Assembly: GCF_002105155.1 (NCBI RefSeq) | Contig: NW_019029004.1 | Coordinates: forward strand, 62,001 to 126,000 | From: Lobosporangium transversale | Lineage: Eukaryota | Direction: 5' to 3' | DNA length: 64,000 nucleotides | Part shown: positions 33,764 to 50,672 of the stretch, one piece after another | How positions within the stretch are numbered: position 1 is the first letter of the stretch | How the letters are laid out: the number at the start of each line of letters is the position of its first letter | Notes under the pieces: model-generated | The model's input: the letters and a program-made list of their open reading frames with translations, nothing else | The model's database searches: none | What the model was told of the DNA's origin: nothing | Translations under genes and position numbers: made by a program

Positions 33764-34448
33764 TATCATCGTTCATGGTGACCCACCGAGTTTTTATTTA
33801 TTTATCAGTTCATCCTGACAAAAGGCAGCACTCTGAATTCTAGGCCCGTCCATCCTGTCCGCCTGCGTCTGTAGCGCGACCGGGAGACTTCCGCTTCGAA
33901 AAAAACATTTTTGATCGCCTTTATTTCATATGAATGGTAATATATTTCGCTAACACTTCCGTATAAAAGTCTTTTCTACAAAGTCATAAGTGGTACAAAC
34001 GGATCAAGGGGCAAACATTAAGGCAGCTACAATGGATCTTGAACCGCGAGGCGATGTCTTATATATCAAAGCCCCATTATTCAAAACTATTGGATAACAA
34101 GCGCATTTCAAACTGTGCAGGAACCGCAAAGATATAATGTTGCAGTCGTTAAATATTCATTATTATCGATATAAATAAATATATAAATAAATAAGAATTC
34201 AAATCATATGTCAAATGAACCATGACGAATCTTGTCCTGTCAAATGAAGGTTATTTATTATTATAATTGTTTTTCTTTTTTTTTTTTTTTTTTTTTTAGT
34301 TATGATTATGTGATGCGATACAATGCAAAAAGAATATGACACGTTGTATTGTTTGCTTCAAAGACTTTGTCATCAATAGCGCTACAAACTCAATCCGCCA
34401 TATCACTGTATGATTTTACTTGGCCCTTGGACCCCTAGAATGTGAAGT

Positions 34449-34484
<36 letters not shown>

Positions 34485-34553
34485 CAGTAAGTTTCATCAA
34501 AGCTCAAACCAAATTCATGGTAAAATATAAAAAAAAAAGCAATAAACGAAAAT

Positions 34554-36454
34554 TTACCGTTTGGGGAGAGGGAAGGTCAATGGAGCTGTCAAAATAGCAC
34601 GCTTCAAGTTCTTTCCCTCTTCTGTAGATGCATTAGGGCCGAGTTGAGCTTTCTGAGTCGCTGTTAGCTCATTGACCTTACATCCCAAAGATTTCCATAA
34701 TTCATTCACCCTGTTTTGCTTCAAAGATAGATCCCTTGTCATTACTGCAGCATCGATATTAAAGTTCTCAAGTGTCAATGCGAGAACAAATATCCAAGAT
34801 AGCAATTTGTCCTTTGACTTTGGTGTGAACGTATGTCTAGATTAGACGTTGTATCCAATACAGAGAAATTATATTAGTCAACTGAGTGTCCATGTTTGTA
34901 GAAACAGCCATGTTTGCACATGTAATTTTTTTTTTTTTTTTTTCCTTCTTTCCACATACCTCTTCTTACTATCCTCCGGCATCTCTGTGAATCGTTCATA
35001 AAAGTTCTCCAGGATCAGACTGGGAACTTCACCTCCCATGATTCTGTTTACTGTATCAGAGTCGTCTAGTTTTTTATCAGGGATTGTCCTGAACGCCATC
35101 AAATAACTAATATACATCAATACTCGAATCTTGTGTCGATCCTTCTTGCTAACCGACATTAATGCCATGAGGGAATCATTAACATAAGAAGATCCTTGGA
35201 ATGGCAAGACAGTTATTGGTTGATTTGGATTGTTCAAAATTGATTTGAAAGGAATGAGCTGATATTCTGCAGGAGTGATAAGGTCATCAAAGTTATAGAT
35301 TTCCTCGACTTTTGTAGCATTGAGGTTATAAGGAGGAATGGGTCTGTCCTCGTCTGCCTCGGCCTTGATCTCCGCTGCGTAATTATAACAAAGATAGTAT
35401 AAGTAGCTACTCTGTATTATTATATCATCCAAAAATTTATAAAGCAATGGTTTAAAAAAGTACCTTTAGAAGGAAGAGCACTGGTCTTGGCAGCGATCGT
35501 GTCGCGAAGTATACCAGCATCCTTGTCCAAAGTGCTGACATTGACTGCATTGCGTTCCACAGACTTGATCTGCTGCTTGGCTTTCTTGGTACCAAAAGCC
35601 TCCCCAAGAGCATTCTTTGCTACCAAAAACTATGTTCCAGCGCACACAATATTAAAGCGGAAAAGTTGGTTCAGCAACAAGGGAAAAAAAGTGTCAGATT
35701 CTCGACCATATACTGTTTTTTTATGATTCCAACTAAGTCCTTTTTCAAAAAAAAAAAAAAAAAAAAAAAAACATATTCTATACCTGATCCATGCTGGATG
35801 TATGAACTTTTGCGTTCTTGAGTGATTTGATAGTTCGGTTGACGGCAATGACAGGAGCATCCTTAAATGTGATCTTATCTGTTTTCTTATCACGAATTGC
35901 AATAACATATCTAATTGTGTCCGCGTTTTGACAAAAAAAAAAAAAGACAGAGCTTCGTCAACTTTTTTTTAAAAGTAAATCCAATCAATCCAGATCAATA
36001 GGAGCATTTAGAGGCGGTTTTCCCTTCTCCTTGTTCTAATATACCTGCAGAATCCATTACGAGCATTCTCTCCAAAATTCTGGCCCACAAACTCTACTTT
36101 TCCCGTGTCAGCCTCCAAAATGCGCCTCTTCTTTTTACTTTTTGGTTCCTCATGATCAGGTTTGTAGATATTAAAAGGAGTCTCCTTTGGAGGAGCTATT
36201 CCAGGAAATACAGCTACAAGTTGTCATCGAGAAAATTGAGCAAGCATAATAGGAGAGAGAAATTATTAGTAAAGACGGGGCATGCCTTCTCTTTGAAATG
36301 AATGTTTGCGTAAATGGCATGAATGCTAAGAGTATTTTTTTTTTCTTCTTTATTTACCCAAGTATGGTCCTTCAACACCAGCATCCACATCTGTTTTAGC
36401 AAACTCCAAGCTGAGCTTTGACCCTTCTGTATCTTTTCTCTTCGATGAGGACAT
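34554..36454 (-). CDS. RPA49: RNA polymerase I subunit A49 (multi-exon)
   Basis: KNALGEAFGTKKAK, RPIPPYNLNATKVEEIY, C-terminal KSLGCKV...AILTAPLTFP. Confidence 0.88.
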
Positions 36455-37064
36455 TGTATAAAGTAATGTGTTTGAGGTGAAGGAGGACCAAGAGAGCTGA
36501 TTCCTCTTTACATTTTATTCAAGTGACTGCGATCCAGAAAAAAAAATGTCGGTGTAAACAAACAAAAAAGCATGCTTGGTCTGTATTAAGCTTTAGGCTT
36601 TTACGGGTTCACTAAGAAGATCGAAACCCCCCCCCCCCGCTAGATGTATAGGATTATCAATCATCACTTAGATATTCATACATTTAGCCTTACGCATAAT
36701 GATATCAAGTGAAACCCCCTTATCCTCAACTCTTCCTTGTCAAAATGAACATAAATTTAAGGATAACTTTATTGACTGAGCGGGTTTCTTGGAATACTAA
36801 AAAGAGAACAATGACCATATCCCCGAGAACTCTAAAGCAGAAGGAAATGAAGCAAGTAAACAAATAAAAAGATACTTGAAGCTTTAACAGCTCAAAGAAT
36901 TTGCAAAGAAAAGAGCTCTTGAAATAACATTGACTAGGTGTAATGAATTAGGAGTATATGCTCTGTCTTTTATATATTTATTTTATTTTTTTCCTGCAAC
37001 AAATATTCGATTTTAATGATTGGTATTGAAGTTGCCGCTGTTGATATTGTTATCATTGTCGCTA

Positions 37065-40000
37065 TTATTGTTGTTGCGGGTCAGAAGATCCAGTCGTTGC
37101 TGGTGAAGAAACTGAGGATGACAACGCAAGTTCTGGCCACAATGCTGCGATTACTTCATCCAATGCGGTATACACTAATTGCTGATTTAGCCTTCGATTC
37201 TGGAAAGCTGCAAAGACACGTCTGGCACCACGTCGTGCATTTTGATGCCCCACCATATTACCAAGTAACTCGGGTAAGAAAGCCGAGAGTTTACGATTTG
37301 CTTGATCTTTTGTCAGCGCTCTTTGTTCTGGAGTCCTCGTCACTTTACTAGCCGCTGTCGCGCTTGCAGTGGTCGAGGATGACGCCGCAGAGGTAGAGGA
37401 TGGTTTACCTGCACCCGTACTCGTACTTGTACCTGTTAGCAATGGGTCCACTGAGGATCTAGGCGTCATCGATGATATTCCCAAACCAGGCCCAGCAGCC
37501 TCATATTGTCCTGAAAGACTGCCAGAAGTTGAACTGGGAATAGAAGCAGGAGGCCAAATAGAATCTCGAAGCTTGATCACATAAAACGTAAGCATATTTT
37601 CTTCCACATACGCTTTGATCGTGTCTCTCAACTTGCGTTCAATTGTGCCCCCCAAGACCTGCTGCAAAATTATAACAACAGCTTGTCGCCTCAACCAGTT
37701 GTTCTTCTCTTTAAGCTCAAACAATTCAATAAATAGATCGCACAAAGGCTCTGTGAATGTAGTAACCCCTTCAGATTCAGCCACATCCTGCCGAATTTGT
37801 TGCGGCTGTTGTTGAATTTGCTGTTGGTACTGCAGTTGTTGCTGTTGCTCTCGCTGCTTGGCATGTTTTTGCTCAGATTGTTGAAGCTGAATTTGTGTCC
37901 TTTGATGTTGCGTGTGAGGATCTGGTGAGCTTAGTCTGCGACTCCTCTCCGCTTGAATCAGCGACAGGCGTCCAATAGACTGACCGCCAACCTCTGTAAC
38001 CGGTGATGGTGATGACGTATCGAACGAAGACAAAGGTGATGTCATGGGTCGCTCGAGGATTTCGCTTTGGACTAGTCTAACGCTACTGGTACCGTCATGA
38101 CTACCATGTCTTTTCCTCAAGCCCACAGGACCTGCCAAAGATTCAGTCTTGTCATCCCCATCCGCTTCCATTGTAAACTGCATCATTTGGTTACCCAGCT
38201 GCTTTGTAATGTTGCCTAAAACTGTCGGTGGACCACCACTAAACATATCATCCAATCCCTCAGAGACTGTTTGGTAAATATGCTTCATAAATCCTTCATT
38301 TTGCTCTGCTTCGATTGAACCATCAACACTATGACGTCCTGCGGGATCATTTACACTCGATCCAAAGCCGCTCAGAATCTGCATCCTAGAGGGATCCCGC
38401 ATTGCCACTGGAGATTGTAATGGGGAGGTTGCAGAATGGAATAGTTGTTCAAAGGAAAATTGGCTGGGTGACGGCAATGTATCAGCTGCTGGCTTTGCAG
38501 CCTCTTTTTCCTGATGATCACTTTCGAAAAGGCCATGTGGTATGATGCTGGAAGACGGTGTGGCTGAGAACTGTGGCAATGCTACATTTTCCTGTGAAAG
38601 AAAAGCTCTCAACTCCTGAGATTGGCAAATCTCGACATGTTGCACTAGACATTGGAGATAACGCTCTAAACCAATACGACGACCCTCCACAAACATCCGT
38701 TGTAGTTTTAGAAAGCCACGTTTTGCAGGGAGCTCATACTGGCGAACGATCGAAGGGTATTTTTCTTTCAATCGCTGGTGTAGTGCAAAAAACTCGGAAT
38801 AGCGACGAGCAATGACCCATCCAGACGCAAACGAGCCGTCCTGTGCAAGTTGATGGACTTCAATCACATACAAAGCGAATTCTTTTGACCCTTCATGGCC
38901 AACAGTGGACGATGTGATGTTGATAGTGGATCGACCCTTAAAAAAGAAAGAAAGAAAAAAAAAAAAAAAAAAAAAAAAGGAAAGAAAGAGAATACATACG
39001 GGTGAGCAGCTGCAAGAGAAAGAGCAGGAAGGGTGCTGGGAGATCAGTTTTCAAGTGGCAAAGCAAGCTAAGCCAGCTAAAGCCATCTTACCGGCATGAT
39101 CATGTTTTCTTGCTCTTGCACCTCGTACAGGGTCTTTTGGTACTCCATGCTTCGAATCTCACGTCTTATATCAGATTTTGACTTTTTTAAGATCCTCAGT
39201 TCATTCTCACGGCCCTGCCGTTCCGCTTTTTGTATTAGGGTCTCCACAATAGCTTCTTGCTTCAGCACGGTTTCAATATCCTGTTCGAGCTTCTTGATCT
39301 TTGTAGAGAGAAGCAAGTCTCCAGGCGCAGCAAGATGAACATTTTCCTTTACTAAATCACCTGTAGATTCTGCCTCATTAGGCGATGTATAATCACGTTT
39401 TACGCTTCTTTGTAACGAATGCAAATCTCTAGTCGGATCCTCCAAGTTGCGTCCAATCGTTGGCTTCATCTCCTCCATTCGTTTGTCATCAATATCATCA
39501 TCACTAGGAGACACGTTATCCACTGCTGGGGAGAGTCCCTGCTTATCAATCGTCGAGGAGGAGGACCCTTTTGACATTTTGAACTCAAAAACACTGCTGA
39601 GTGGAGAATAGCCTGAGTCGGACGGATCGCGAGATTTAACCCTGGTCGTCTTACCGTCCTCCAAAGTTTTCTCCTTGAACCCCTGCCTCGACGGCTTCTC
39701 AGACTTACCCCAATCCTTTAAAGCATCTGCTCTTGGGTCTATAGGGTCCAGGAGCTCCGAGCCCACGCCTCCTTTCCTCTTCAAATCACTGACGGATGAG
39801 TCCTCTTGTTGTGCATCCTGGTTTTCCATAATTGATGTTAAAGCTGCCTCTACTGCAACAATGACATCCTCTTTGTCGGGCCGCTTCTTTGATATTCCTG
39901 GTATCGACAATCCTTCATGGTTATCTACTTCAAGGTCTTCCTCATCTTCTTCTTGTCCTTGTAACTCCATTAATAAGGAACTCCGCAGAACTGGAGTACT

Positions 40001-41970
40001 CTCTCCGGCGGACGATGGTCTTTCGTACCGCTCTGTATCTGTCAAGTCCAAAGAGTTCTCACGGCCATGACCAACTGTAGATGGGCTTTTTCGATAAGAT
40101 GACGGGATTATTACTTGGGTTCCGTGGCTTCCACTGACAGGTAGCTCAGGATTCGAAATCGAACTAAGAGATCGAGTGCGAGCGAGAGGAGGTCTCTTGG
40201 CTTCTAAAGATGATGAAGGGATATCAAGGCTTTGTTTTGGTTTCGACCCCGATGGTTGTTGAGCTGAATGGGTTGAGTCGATCGAGACGGGGGATCCAGA
40301 TTTAGATCGTGTATGCGCGGACAATAGAAATGATGGTCGGAAGTTGGAGATAGAAGTCTCTGTACGCTTTAAAGAGTCCTGCTGCTGCTGCTCACGATCT
40401 TTTTCTCGTTCTCGATCCTGCTCTCTCTCCTTGTCACGACCGAGTCCAAAAATATCCAGGAAAGACCCTGCACTCGATCTTTTTGTATTCTCTGGCGTTT
40501 CTTTCCGTTTGTCAGACGAGCTCAGCCCAATAGCTGAAAACAATGTTGGCCCTGCATTTGGTGGACGTTGGTACGAGGATGTTCTGCGATGCCCTCGTGC
40601 CTCCTTGCCCTTATGACTTGCCTCAGCGAGCGAATTTTGGTAGGATGTCAGGAATTTGAAATATAGATCAGATTTGACGAACTCAGGATAGTCTCTTTGC
40701 TGCATCTGGTCAAAAACCTGTTGTTGTGCTTCCAATAGTTTTTGGCGCACATTAGAAACTCGAGCATCCTCATTTTTCTTGATCTCCAATTCTGAACTGG
40801 AAGAACTCTTGTCTATTGAGCTGTGGATGTTGCTGTTTTCAGTCATGGAGAATTCACGTAAAACATCTACAAGGCTATGATCAATGACGACGGGTCTCGG
40901 TGCGGATTCTGAAAAATAAGTGTCGTAGATCATCCTGACATCATCCCGCAACGTATCCGTGCCTTCGACTATAGTGGAGATAGAGGCCTTACGATTACTT
41001 CTGATACTTCCAGCTATATTGCTAGGTGGTTTGGGAGTACTATCCGTACTTGTAGACGATGGCGTCAGAGCTCCAAGTGATTTTTGATCTTGTTTCCTGG
41101 AGTGTGTAGAAGAGGGTGTATTCAATGCTGATCTATTTCTTGAAGTGGGTTCGCCTACACCGACAAACGCTGTGGAGCCTGCCTCTCCTTTTTGTTCCGT
41201 ACTAATTTTAATATTGAGAGTGTCGATCAACAGCCAGAACTGAAGCTCGTTCATGTTATCTTTTCGGTCTTGAAATTCCATGAAATAAGATAATCCAGAA
41301 GGATTATTAAGGATGGTGTGGAGGTCAATTAATGAAGGTGGATTCTTTGTATCCGCGTTTTCCCTTGATCGACGCTAAATTGTGGTTTGAGCATTTGCAA
41401 AGACGGTTACGCATGAAGCCTGTTAAAATGATGTTTATAAAACATAAACATCGAGTGAAGTATAAAAAAAGGAGCCGCATCTTACCTTCGAATATGCTGG
41501 TCCTCCTAGCGCTTCGATCCGCTTTTCGGCACGTTTCTTGGCAATATCCAATCTGTTGATATAGACTATAATATCTTCGACCTTGCTACCGTTGACAATC
41601 TCGTCTTTATCACATCCCGCTGTTTATCCAGATAGAAAAAGTTATAAAAGATGAAAGATATCCTGTTAGTCCATATCTCAGGATCATGATTGCTTTGTAT
41701 TCCATTCTTATAACAGCGATTTCATCAACATTTATTACCAATCAAAGATTTCTTTTTCCTGATCTGAGTTATGATGGTGTTTCGAATTCTTTTGACATCC
41801 AACAGACTATCACAGCGCTTGATCATTTTCAGAAAATCTTCGAAACTATAAAGATCTGCTCCTGCTCCATAAGGGTCTACTGAATTACTACTAAGACTCT
41901 TTGAATCATAATCCATGTTGTCTGTATGTTGCTTCAATGCCTCTCGCAATTTCTTGACCATATTCCTAAG

Positions 41971-42002
<32 letters not shown>

Positions 42003-43261
42003 TAGAAAATTATGATTAACATAAATATGAGAAGTGGTCTCATTTTAATATTATAATCCAGCGAAAGAGGGTGCGTATTTAATGATCATGCTTATTATGA
42101 TGATCTTACTGTTCTCTTATCGCTTTCCCGATCTAGTGCAGTATTTGAATGAAACACATACAACTATCAGAATTCATATACAGTCCATCAAGATGATGAG
42201 TACATTCCGCTCAAACAGGCGTTGGACAGAGAACTTACATAAAGATCTACGTTTTGGTTCCAATAATCCGGGTCTGACAAGAGATCCATCACAGGCCTCA
42301 ACACAACACATACTAATAATTCACGAAGTAAGTGTCGTAGGATCTCGCTTTGAACTTCAGATGGCGGCAACAGTGTCGGCAAAATGGCCTGTACCACATT
42401 TCGAAGATAGGCTTCCTCGGTCGCCTGTGTTGAGATGGAGGTTGAGAGCGCTCGATGTAATTTCCCATTGCGGAACTTGCTAGCTACCATGATATCTAAT
42501 TCATCAGATTCTGTTAAGGATCGTTCAAGTGAATTTCCGCGGAGTGCCATCTCTGCTTTACGGAAATCGTTAACATGAGCTGTCACTTTGGGAACTAATC
42601 TCGTTACGAGTAACTGTGTGAGATCTAGACCCATGAGACGGGTTTTGAGACGTATTAGAGCAATCCTTAACAGCTTTTCGATGCGTTGTTGAAGCATCAC
42701 CTCAGGAGTGATAGAACGCATCCAACTTGCTACATAGTCACGTATGATGAGTTCAATCAATGAATCGACCGCGTCAGAAAAATCGGGCATAGTTTTAGCT
42801 ATAGGTTCCCTATATTCGGCAACCTGTTCTTGTCGTCGCTGTTTTTCAATATTGCTCCAGACTACTGGACGAGTGAACTTTGCAGGACGAAGGTAATGGA
42901 ACATGAGGCGCGATTCAGAACCTGGCATGGTTCTATTGGTGTGGTTGCTTTTATTCTGTTGAACATTGCTAGTAACAGAAAGAGCAGTAGCTGCATTTTG
43001 ACGTTGTCGACGAGCATAAAGGATAGAGAATGCAATGTTGGAAGCAGCTAATGTCAAAAGAGAAAGGATGAAAACGATGGGTGCGGCGAGGATGAACGTT
43101 GCGATTCTGCTCAAGACCGAATTGCCAAATGTCTTTGTCAAAAGAAGGATTAGCACCAGGCCAATCGATATAGCGAACTTGAATGAAGTTAGGTGAAGTG
43201 ATTGTGCAAACCAGCGGGAATTCTTGCCCGGTGTTGCTATAGGCACTGGTTCTGGTAGCAT
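37065..43261 (-). CDS. MDM1: TM-PXA-RGS-PX-PXC sorting nexin (Mdm1/SNX13-14-25 family), multi-exon
   Basis: Two N-terminal hydrophobic segments; PXA (LIIRDYVASW, LSDPDYWNQ); RGS (LQFWL, DYPEFVKSDLY); PX (ARRYSEFFALHQRLK); PXC (NNWLRRQAVVIILQQVLGGTIERK). Confidence 0.9.
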
Positions 43262-43971
43262 CGGATATATGAATTATAAGTTGATCTTATTGCCTGAGGC
43301 TGTGCTGTGTTGTCAGCTTGGGAAAGAAAAAGAATATGAGGAATATTAGAAAGACATAAGCACTATGTTAATAAAAGGAGGGGAAGGTGGAATCAGGAGT
43401 GACCCGAAGAATTAAGGAAGAAATAAGGGTACTAAAGATGAAGAAAGGTCATGGGTCATGGGTCATGTTAATTGTTTGCAGCAGAAAGTTGAACTGCACA
43501 CCCCACACCTCGGGAGAGATTTGCTGTAATAGCATGTACATGTACAATGTCGTCAAGAAGGAAAAAAAGAGAACGTGACAGACACGAACTGTTGCACAAT
43601 CCTTTGTGCTTATCCGATCTTCCATCGGGATCGCCTTCGTTTTTCATACCAAGAAAAGACTATAAACGTGATAAGATGAAAAGACAGGCAATCAGCTGGA
43701 TCTTTTTATTTTATTTTATTTTATTATATTTTTTATTTTGATATTTTCCTACTGTATTGCTCCTTGTCTTTCTCTGCAATCTGTGTCGACGTCTGTGCTT
43801 TTCCTTTGTGTTGAGAACGGCAGATCGTCCTAACGAAATGCATTTTCAGTGGCTGAGTCACATGCTATTGGCACGTCTATCCGATTTCGATTGCCTTTTA
43901 CCTTTCCAACTAACAAAGGAACAGAAAGATCCACTCCACTCACACAACATTAACAAAAAAAAAACATCACC

Positions 43972-44400
43972 ATGTCCTCTGCATCCATGTCAAAGTTCCT
44001 GACCCAGGTCAAGGTCTCCATGGCCCCTTTTTCACCTTCCTCAAAAACTGCAAAGTAAATGATTTTCTCGACAACTAGATCGATCACTTTTAGTGAACAA
44101 AAAGGACTTTCCAGATTAACAATCGCTAATACGAATTCGAATGTTACCTTTTTTTTTTTTTTTTTCTGTAGGATCTTCCTCTCTAGGATCATCACCAATG
44201 ATGCCCTCACTGTAAACCCCGCACTTAAAATTGTTACCGATTCTCATGGAGATGTCTCAAAGCCTGCTACAATCCAGGTTACATACAAGGATGGGAAGAC
44301 CCTTAACTTGCAGGCTGGTGAAATGAAAGTCAACGACGTCTTGCGTCAAGTTGGAAAGCATGCAAGGAAACTTCAGGAGAAGGAGGATGCTGCTGCATAA
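43972..44400 (+). CDS. MRPL44: Mitochondrial ribosomal protein mL53; exons 43972-44054, 44172-44400
   Basis: SKFLTQVKVSMAPFSPSSKTAK|IFLSRI...PATIQVTYKDGKTL. Confidence 0.8.
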
Positions 44401-44634
44401 ATGAACAGGAAAAAAAAAAAAAAAAAAAGATGGACACATGTCGGCAACGAACCAAGAGTGAAGCAAAGTATTGCAGCCAAAGTCATCATTATAATCATTT
44501 ACTTGGGAGGGAGAGCCTGGTTGCATACCAAATCCATGTACAACAATTCGCAAAAAATAAATATCTCGATCTCAATTAATTGCAAACTGTAGCTTGAGTT
44601 TATAGTGCAACAATATGAAATAGACCTTTGAAGG

Positions 44635-44666
<32 letters not shown>

Positions 44667-45016
44667 AGCCCATATAGTGGATATAGAAGGAGGCATTGAT
44701 CTGCCATGTGGCAACTTCAGGATACAAAGAGTGTGTGCAACAAGAGAGGGAAATGATGATCATATCTGATGATCGTGACCAAGCTAACCCCTATTTTTTT
44801 TTTCCTGAATGTTTAAAAAGAGTGCATGTGATGTCAGGAAGGAGACACGGTGATTCAGGGGGATTGAAGCAATAAGAAAATCTTTGTCATCCATTTGAAA
44901 AACGTACCGGAATACATGTCTATTCTTCTCTTCTTCTCTCTTTTTTTTCTTTGTTTCTGTTTCTGGTTTCTTCCTTCCTCTGTCATCCTTCACTTTTCTC
45001 TTCATATCATCTGGCC

Positions 45017-47372
45017 ATGACAAGTTCACTTCCAGCAATCCCCAAGAACCATCCCGTCTTTTCCTCACAATCCCCGACCATGACTTTAGGTGTTATTGAT
45101 GGCCTCGAAGTCGAATACAAAGAGGGTGCCATTTCGCAAATGCAGCCGCAACAGCAAGGAAAGCAACAACTTTCTTCGGGACAGCAGACCCCTCAACAAC
45201 AACCACCACCACAAGGATGGACCGTGCGCGCACTTTACGATTTTGAAGGCCAACCTGAATTCTCAGAACTATCTTTTTCAGCGGGCGACGTGTTGAAAGT
45301 AATCAAAGTTGGGCTTGCGGAGGGCTGGTCCTTGGCTGAAAAGGATGGTGCCCGAGGTTTAGTTCCTGAATCATATATTACTGTAAGTCGGGGCCTTTTT
45401 TTTTTTTTGTTTATTTATTTATTTATTTTTTGCTGGCATCTGTCCCCAAGAAATGTATTACCAAATGTTGAAGAAAGTACTCATTGTCCTTACGGTTACT
45501 TTTCTCAAGTATATCCATGATTTTTCGGTCTCCCCTGATGGTCATGTCGGCGGTCACACCCAGGAAACGTCCGTTGCATCCGTTTACTCTACTTACTCGA
45601 CCGCCACCGTTAATACCATTAATACCAACCCACGTAATTCTGTTTTTGGTAAACGCCAATTGAACCGCTTCTCTTGGTTCGTTACCACAGGCGCTGAAGA
45701 GTTTGTTTTAACAGGGGGAAGTGCCAATAACCAGACCAACTCGGGCAAGGCAGGGTCCACATCGACAGAAGCAGAAAGCCGTCGTCTCGGATCAACGCAT
45801 GAATCCAGCCCGGGTGGCTCTATCAGGCAGTCACAGGGGCCCGGGTCGAGTGTTCGGAGTCATAGTGGAGAGAAAGTTATTGAGGATTCGGAAGATGAGG
45901 AGGAGGTGACCGAATCGGACAAGCACTATATTCAATCAGGGCCTACTTGGCAAGAAAAGGTCCCTCTGTTCAGTGTCCGAGTACACGATCCAGAGACAAG
46001 GCGCAAGATGGCGGGCATGCAGGAGTACACGCTTTTCCATGTAACCTCAACGGTAAGTGAGGGTTTTGGGAGCAAGGATTGATTGGCCATTGTGGGTCCA
46101 CATTGATAATAACAAGGCATACTGATGTCCTAAATATTGAAATAGTTTAAGGAAGGAGTGTCTGTCACAGTTGAGCGTCGTTACAGCCAATTTCAATGGC
46201 TCTATGATCGTCTTGTGACCAAGTTTGGCGCGCTCATTCTGCCACCACTACCTGAAAAGCAATATGCAGGTAAGGAGAGAGCTCATAGTAACAGATCCAG
46301 CAACTTTTTTTTTTTTATTGACACACACAGATACTAACCAGTAAGCGCTGTTTCCTATGAAAATAATCAAAACAAACAATAAAGGTCGCTTTGCTGAGGA
46401 GTTTATTGAATGCAGACGACGTGCCTTGGAGAGGTTCTTGAGCCGACTTGTGCGACATCCTGTTTTGCGCTATTCCGATTTACTGACACATTTCCTAAGC
46501 TGTAATGACGATGGCGATTGGAAACGCGCAGAACGTAAGTTCGACAATGATCGAATTACTGGCACAGCTTTCTTCCAACATGTCTACCACCCTGAGTTTA
46601 ATATCAATGAAGATGGGTAAGCGACTTTTTTCTCATTCTTAATTGATATTTATATGTTGTTAAATATTGGACTTTAAATACTAGTATTAATTTATCCTCT
46701 ATAAAAATATATATTAATCAGGGAGCTTGATTTGGCGGAGAGCTTCAATGCACATTGCAAAGGATCCGAGAGAATCATGCCTTTCTTAATGGACGCATCA
46801 ACAGCTTACAAGGAGGGGATCGAAGGTATATCAGATCAACCATGTTTATTCAGATACCTTCTCTTCTCCTCTCCCCCATATAACCTATAAAAGATGTATC
46901 TACTGACACGCAACGTCTACAGATTCTCAATTCAGGTATAAACGCCTTGGGCTTGCTCTTTTGGCCTTAGTTTCGACCACAAAGGATGGCCCAGAGAATA
47001 AAACCCTAAACGATGAGCTTGCATGGTGTTGGCGCGAAAACTGTAAAGGTAAAGGTCACCCCTGAAAAAAAAAAAAAAAAAATTAGTGCTTCCGATCTAT
47101 GTTTGGTATTTCTCACAACATTCTTCTTTATATTTTGATTCTTAAGATTGTTTACGCTTAACTAAGGCAATGCAGACTACTGCAGAGGCTTTGCAGCTTA
47201 TGGCAGATGTTCATCAGACACACATTTCAGAAGGATGTCAGGATTGGCTTGATACCATCAAAGAAAACGCAACTCCTTCATCTACTTTTGCCCCTGTCAT
47301 CGATATGCACAACGGCACACATAAAAAACTGGTCGAGGTCTGTGAAAAGGAGCAAACAATGGAGGTAACCAT

Positions 47373-47424
<52 letters not shown>

Positions 47425-48035
47425 CTTTGCTAGTATTATCAATCTTGTTTTCTCTTTTTACTTAACTTACCTTTGTTTACTTATACCATATTAGGAAATT
47501 GTTTCGGAAACCGTGAAGTCAAGATGCGACACAGTTTTTAATATTACTCTGGCAGAAATGGATCGAGCCCATGACGAGCGTGTCCAAGATTTCCGAAAAG
47601 GCACCAAGGATTTCCTAGACTCCGAGATTGCTTATCATGAAAAGGTAAAAGGAGGGAAGAGAACGCGTTTCACTAAGATATATAAACTTGCGGAGTGAAA
47701 CAGATGAATGCATATTAATATGCTTGTATTCTATGCTTCGATGTTAAAAAAAAAAAAAAAAAAAAAAGATGCTTGCCCATCTTAAGAAAGCTCGTGCGGT
47801 TTTTGATGAACCATGTTATGACGGCCTGGCTAGCATGCCACGTTTCCGTTCCAAGTATGAGAAAGAGCTGGATGATCAGCGATATCACTCACAAAAGCCT
47901 TCACGCCCTGTTTCATCTGCCTCGGTTGCCTCAGTATCTAACATGGTCGGGGGTGTAATGGATGGCATGAATGGATTAATGAAGACCAAGACACGAGCTT
48001 CAACTGGGAGAGGCCTCATGGGATTCTGGTCTTGA
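45017..48035 (+). CDS. SH3-PX-BAR sorting nexin (SNX9/18/33-like), multi-exon
   Basis: SH3 (VRALYDF...ELSF...EGW...GLVPESY), LNRFSWFV, PX (RRYSQFQWL...PPLPEKQ, GRFAEEFIE), helical BAR-like C-terminal exons. Confidence 0.85.
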
Positions 48036-48610
48036 TAAAGATGGAAAAGGAAGTGGAATTAGGATTGTACAAGCGAAATAGTTCCATTAAAGAAGTTGAT
48101 TAAAATAATCTTCACAATTATTGTAACAACCATATTGAAGTTATCAAAGAACGGTACTTGCTCTACCTAAGAAATGAAAGTGAAGAAAGCACCTGTAATT
48201 CTCGGCCTAGGAAGCCGTAGCTCCGTAACTTAAACAAACTGTGAGGGGACCCAGTTGTTTAGGCAAATTATCTAGTTCTCAATATTAGGAGCCAAGAGGG
48301 AGGTGCACCGTTTCATATCCGAAATGACACTAGACTCCTGTCATCCGTCTTTCAGTGGCTAACGTTGTGGCATTTCCATCTCCGAAAGCTCCTGAGAATG
48401 TTCAGACGCGACACGCACTTTCGCACAAATCAAATAAGGCAAAAACAAAGCCACAGGCAGATTCAATACAGTTTTGCTTCGGAGATTCGAGGTTGCACAA
48501 GCATAGCGCAAGACTAAGTCCTTTTTCTCTTTTACACGAAATTACACATTCCACCACTTTCTTCCCTTTGTAACTCATTTCACTTGAATTCCTCCTCCCT
48601 TGCTTCCTTC

Positions 48611-50415
<1,805 letters not shown>

Positions 50416-50672
50416 AATTGAATATAAAATATAAAGTCTGTGGTGCAATATCAAATAGATATTAAAAAAAAAAAAAAAAAAACAAATGAAGTTTGTTTCC
50501 GCTGTGTTTGCGCTGATCGCGCGACTTACCAAAAATAGCAATAGAGTTTTCAATAGAGAAAAAAAAAAAAAAAAAGCTCCATCAGCTTGGTTTTGTAGCA
50601 TCTTGACATCAACACAACTCGATCCGCACAACTCAACATACTACGACATTATTTAAAAAAAAGCATACCATC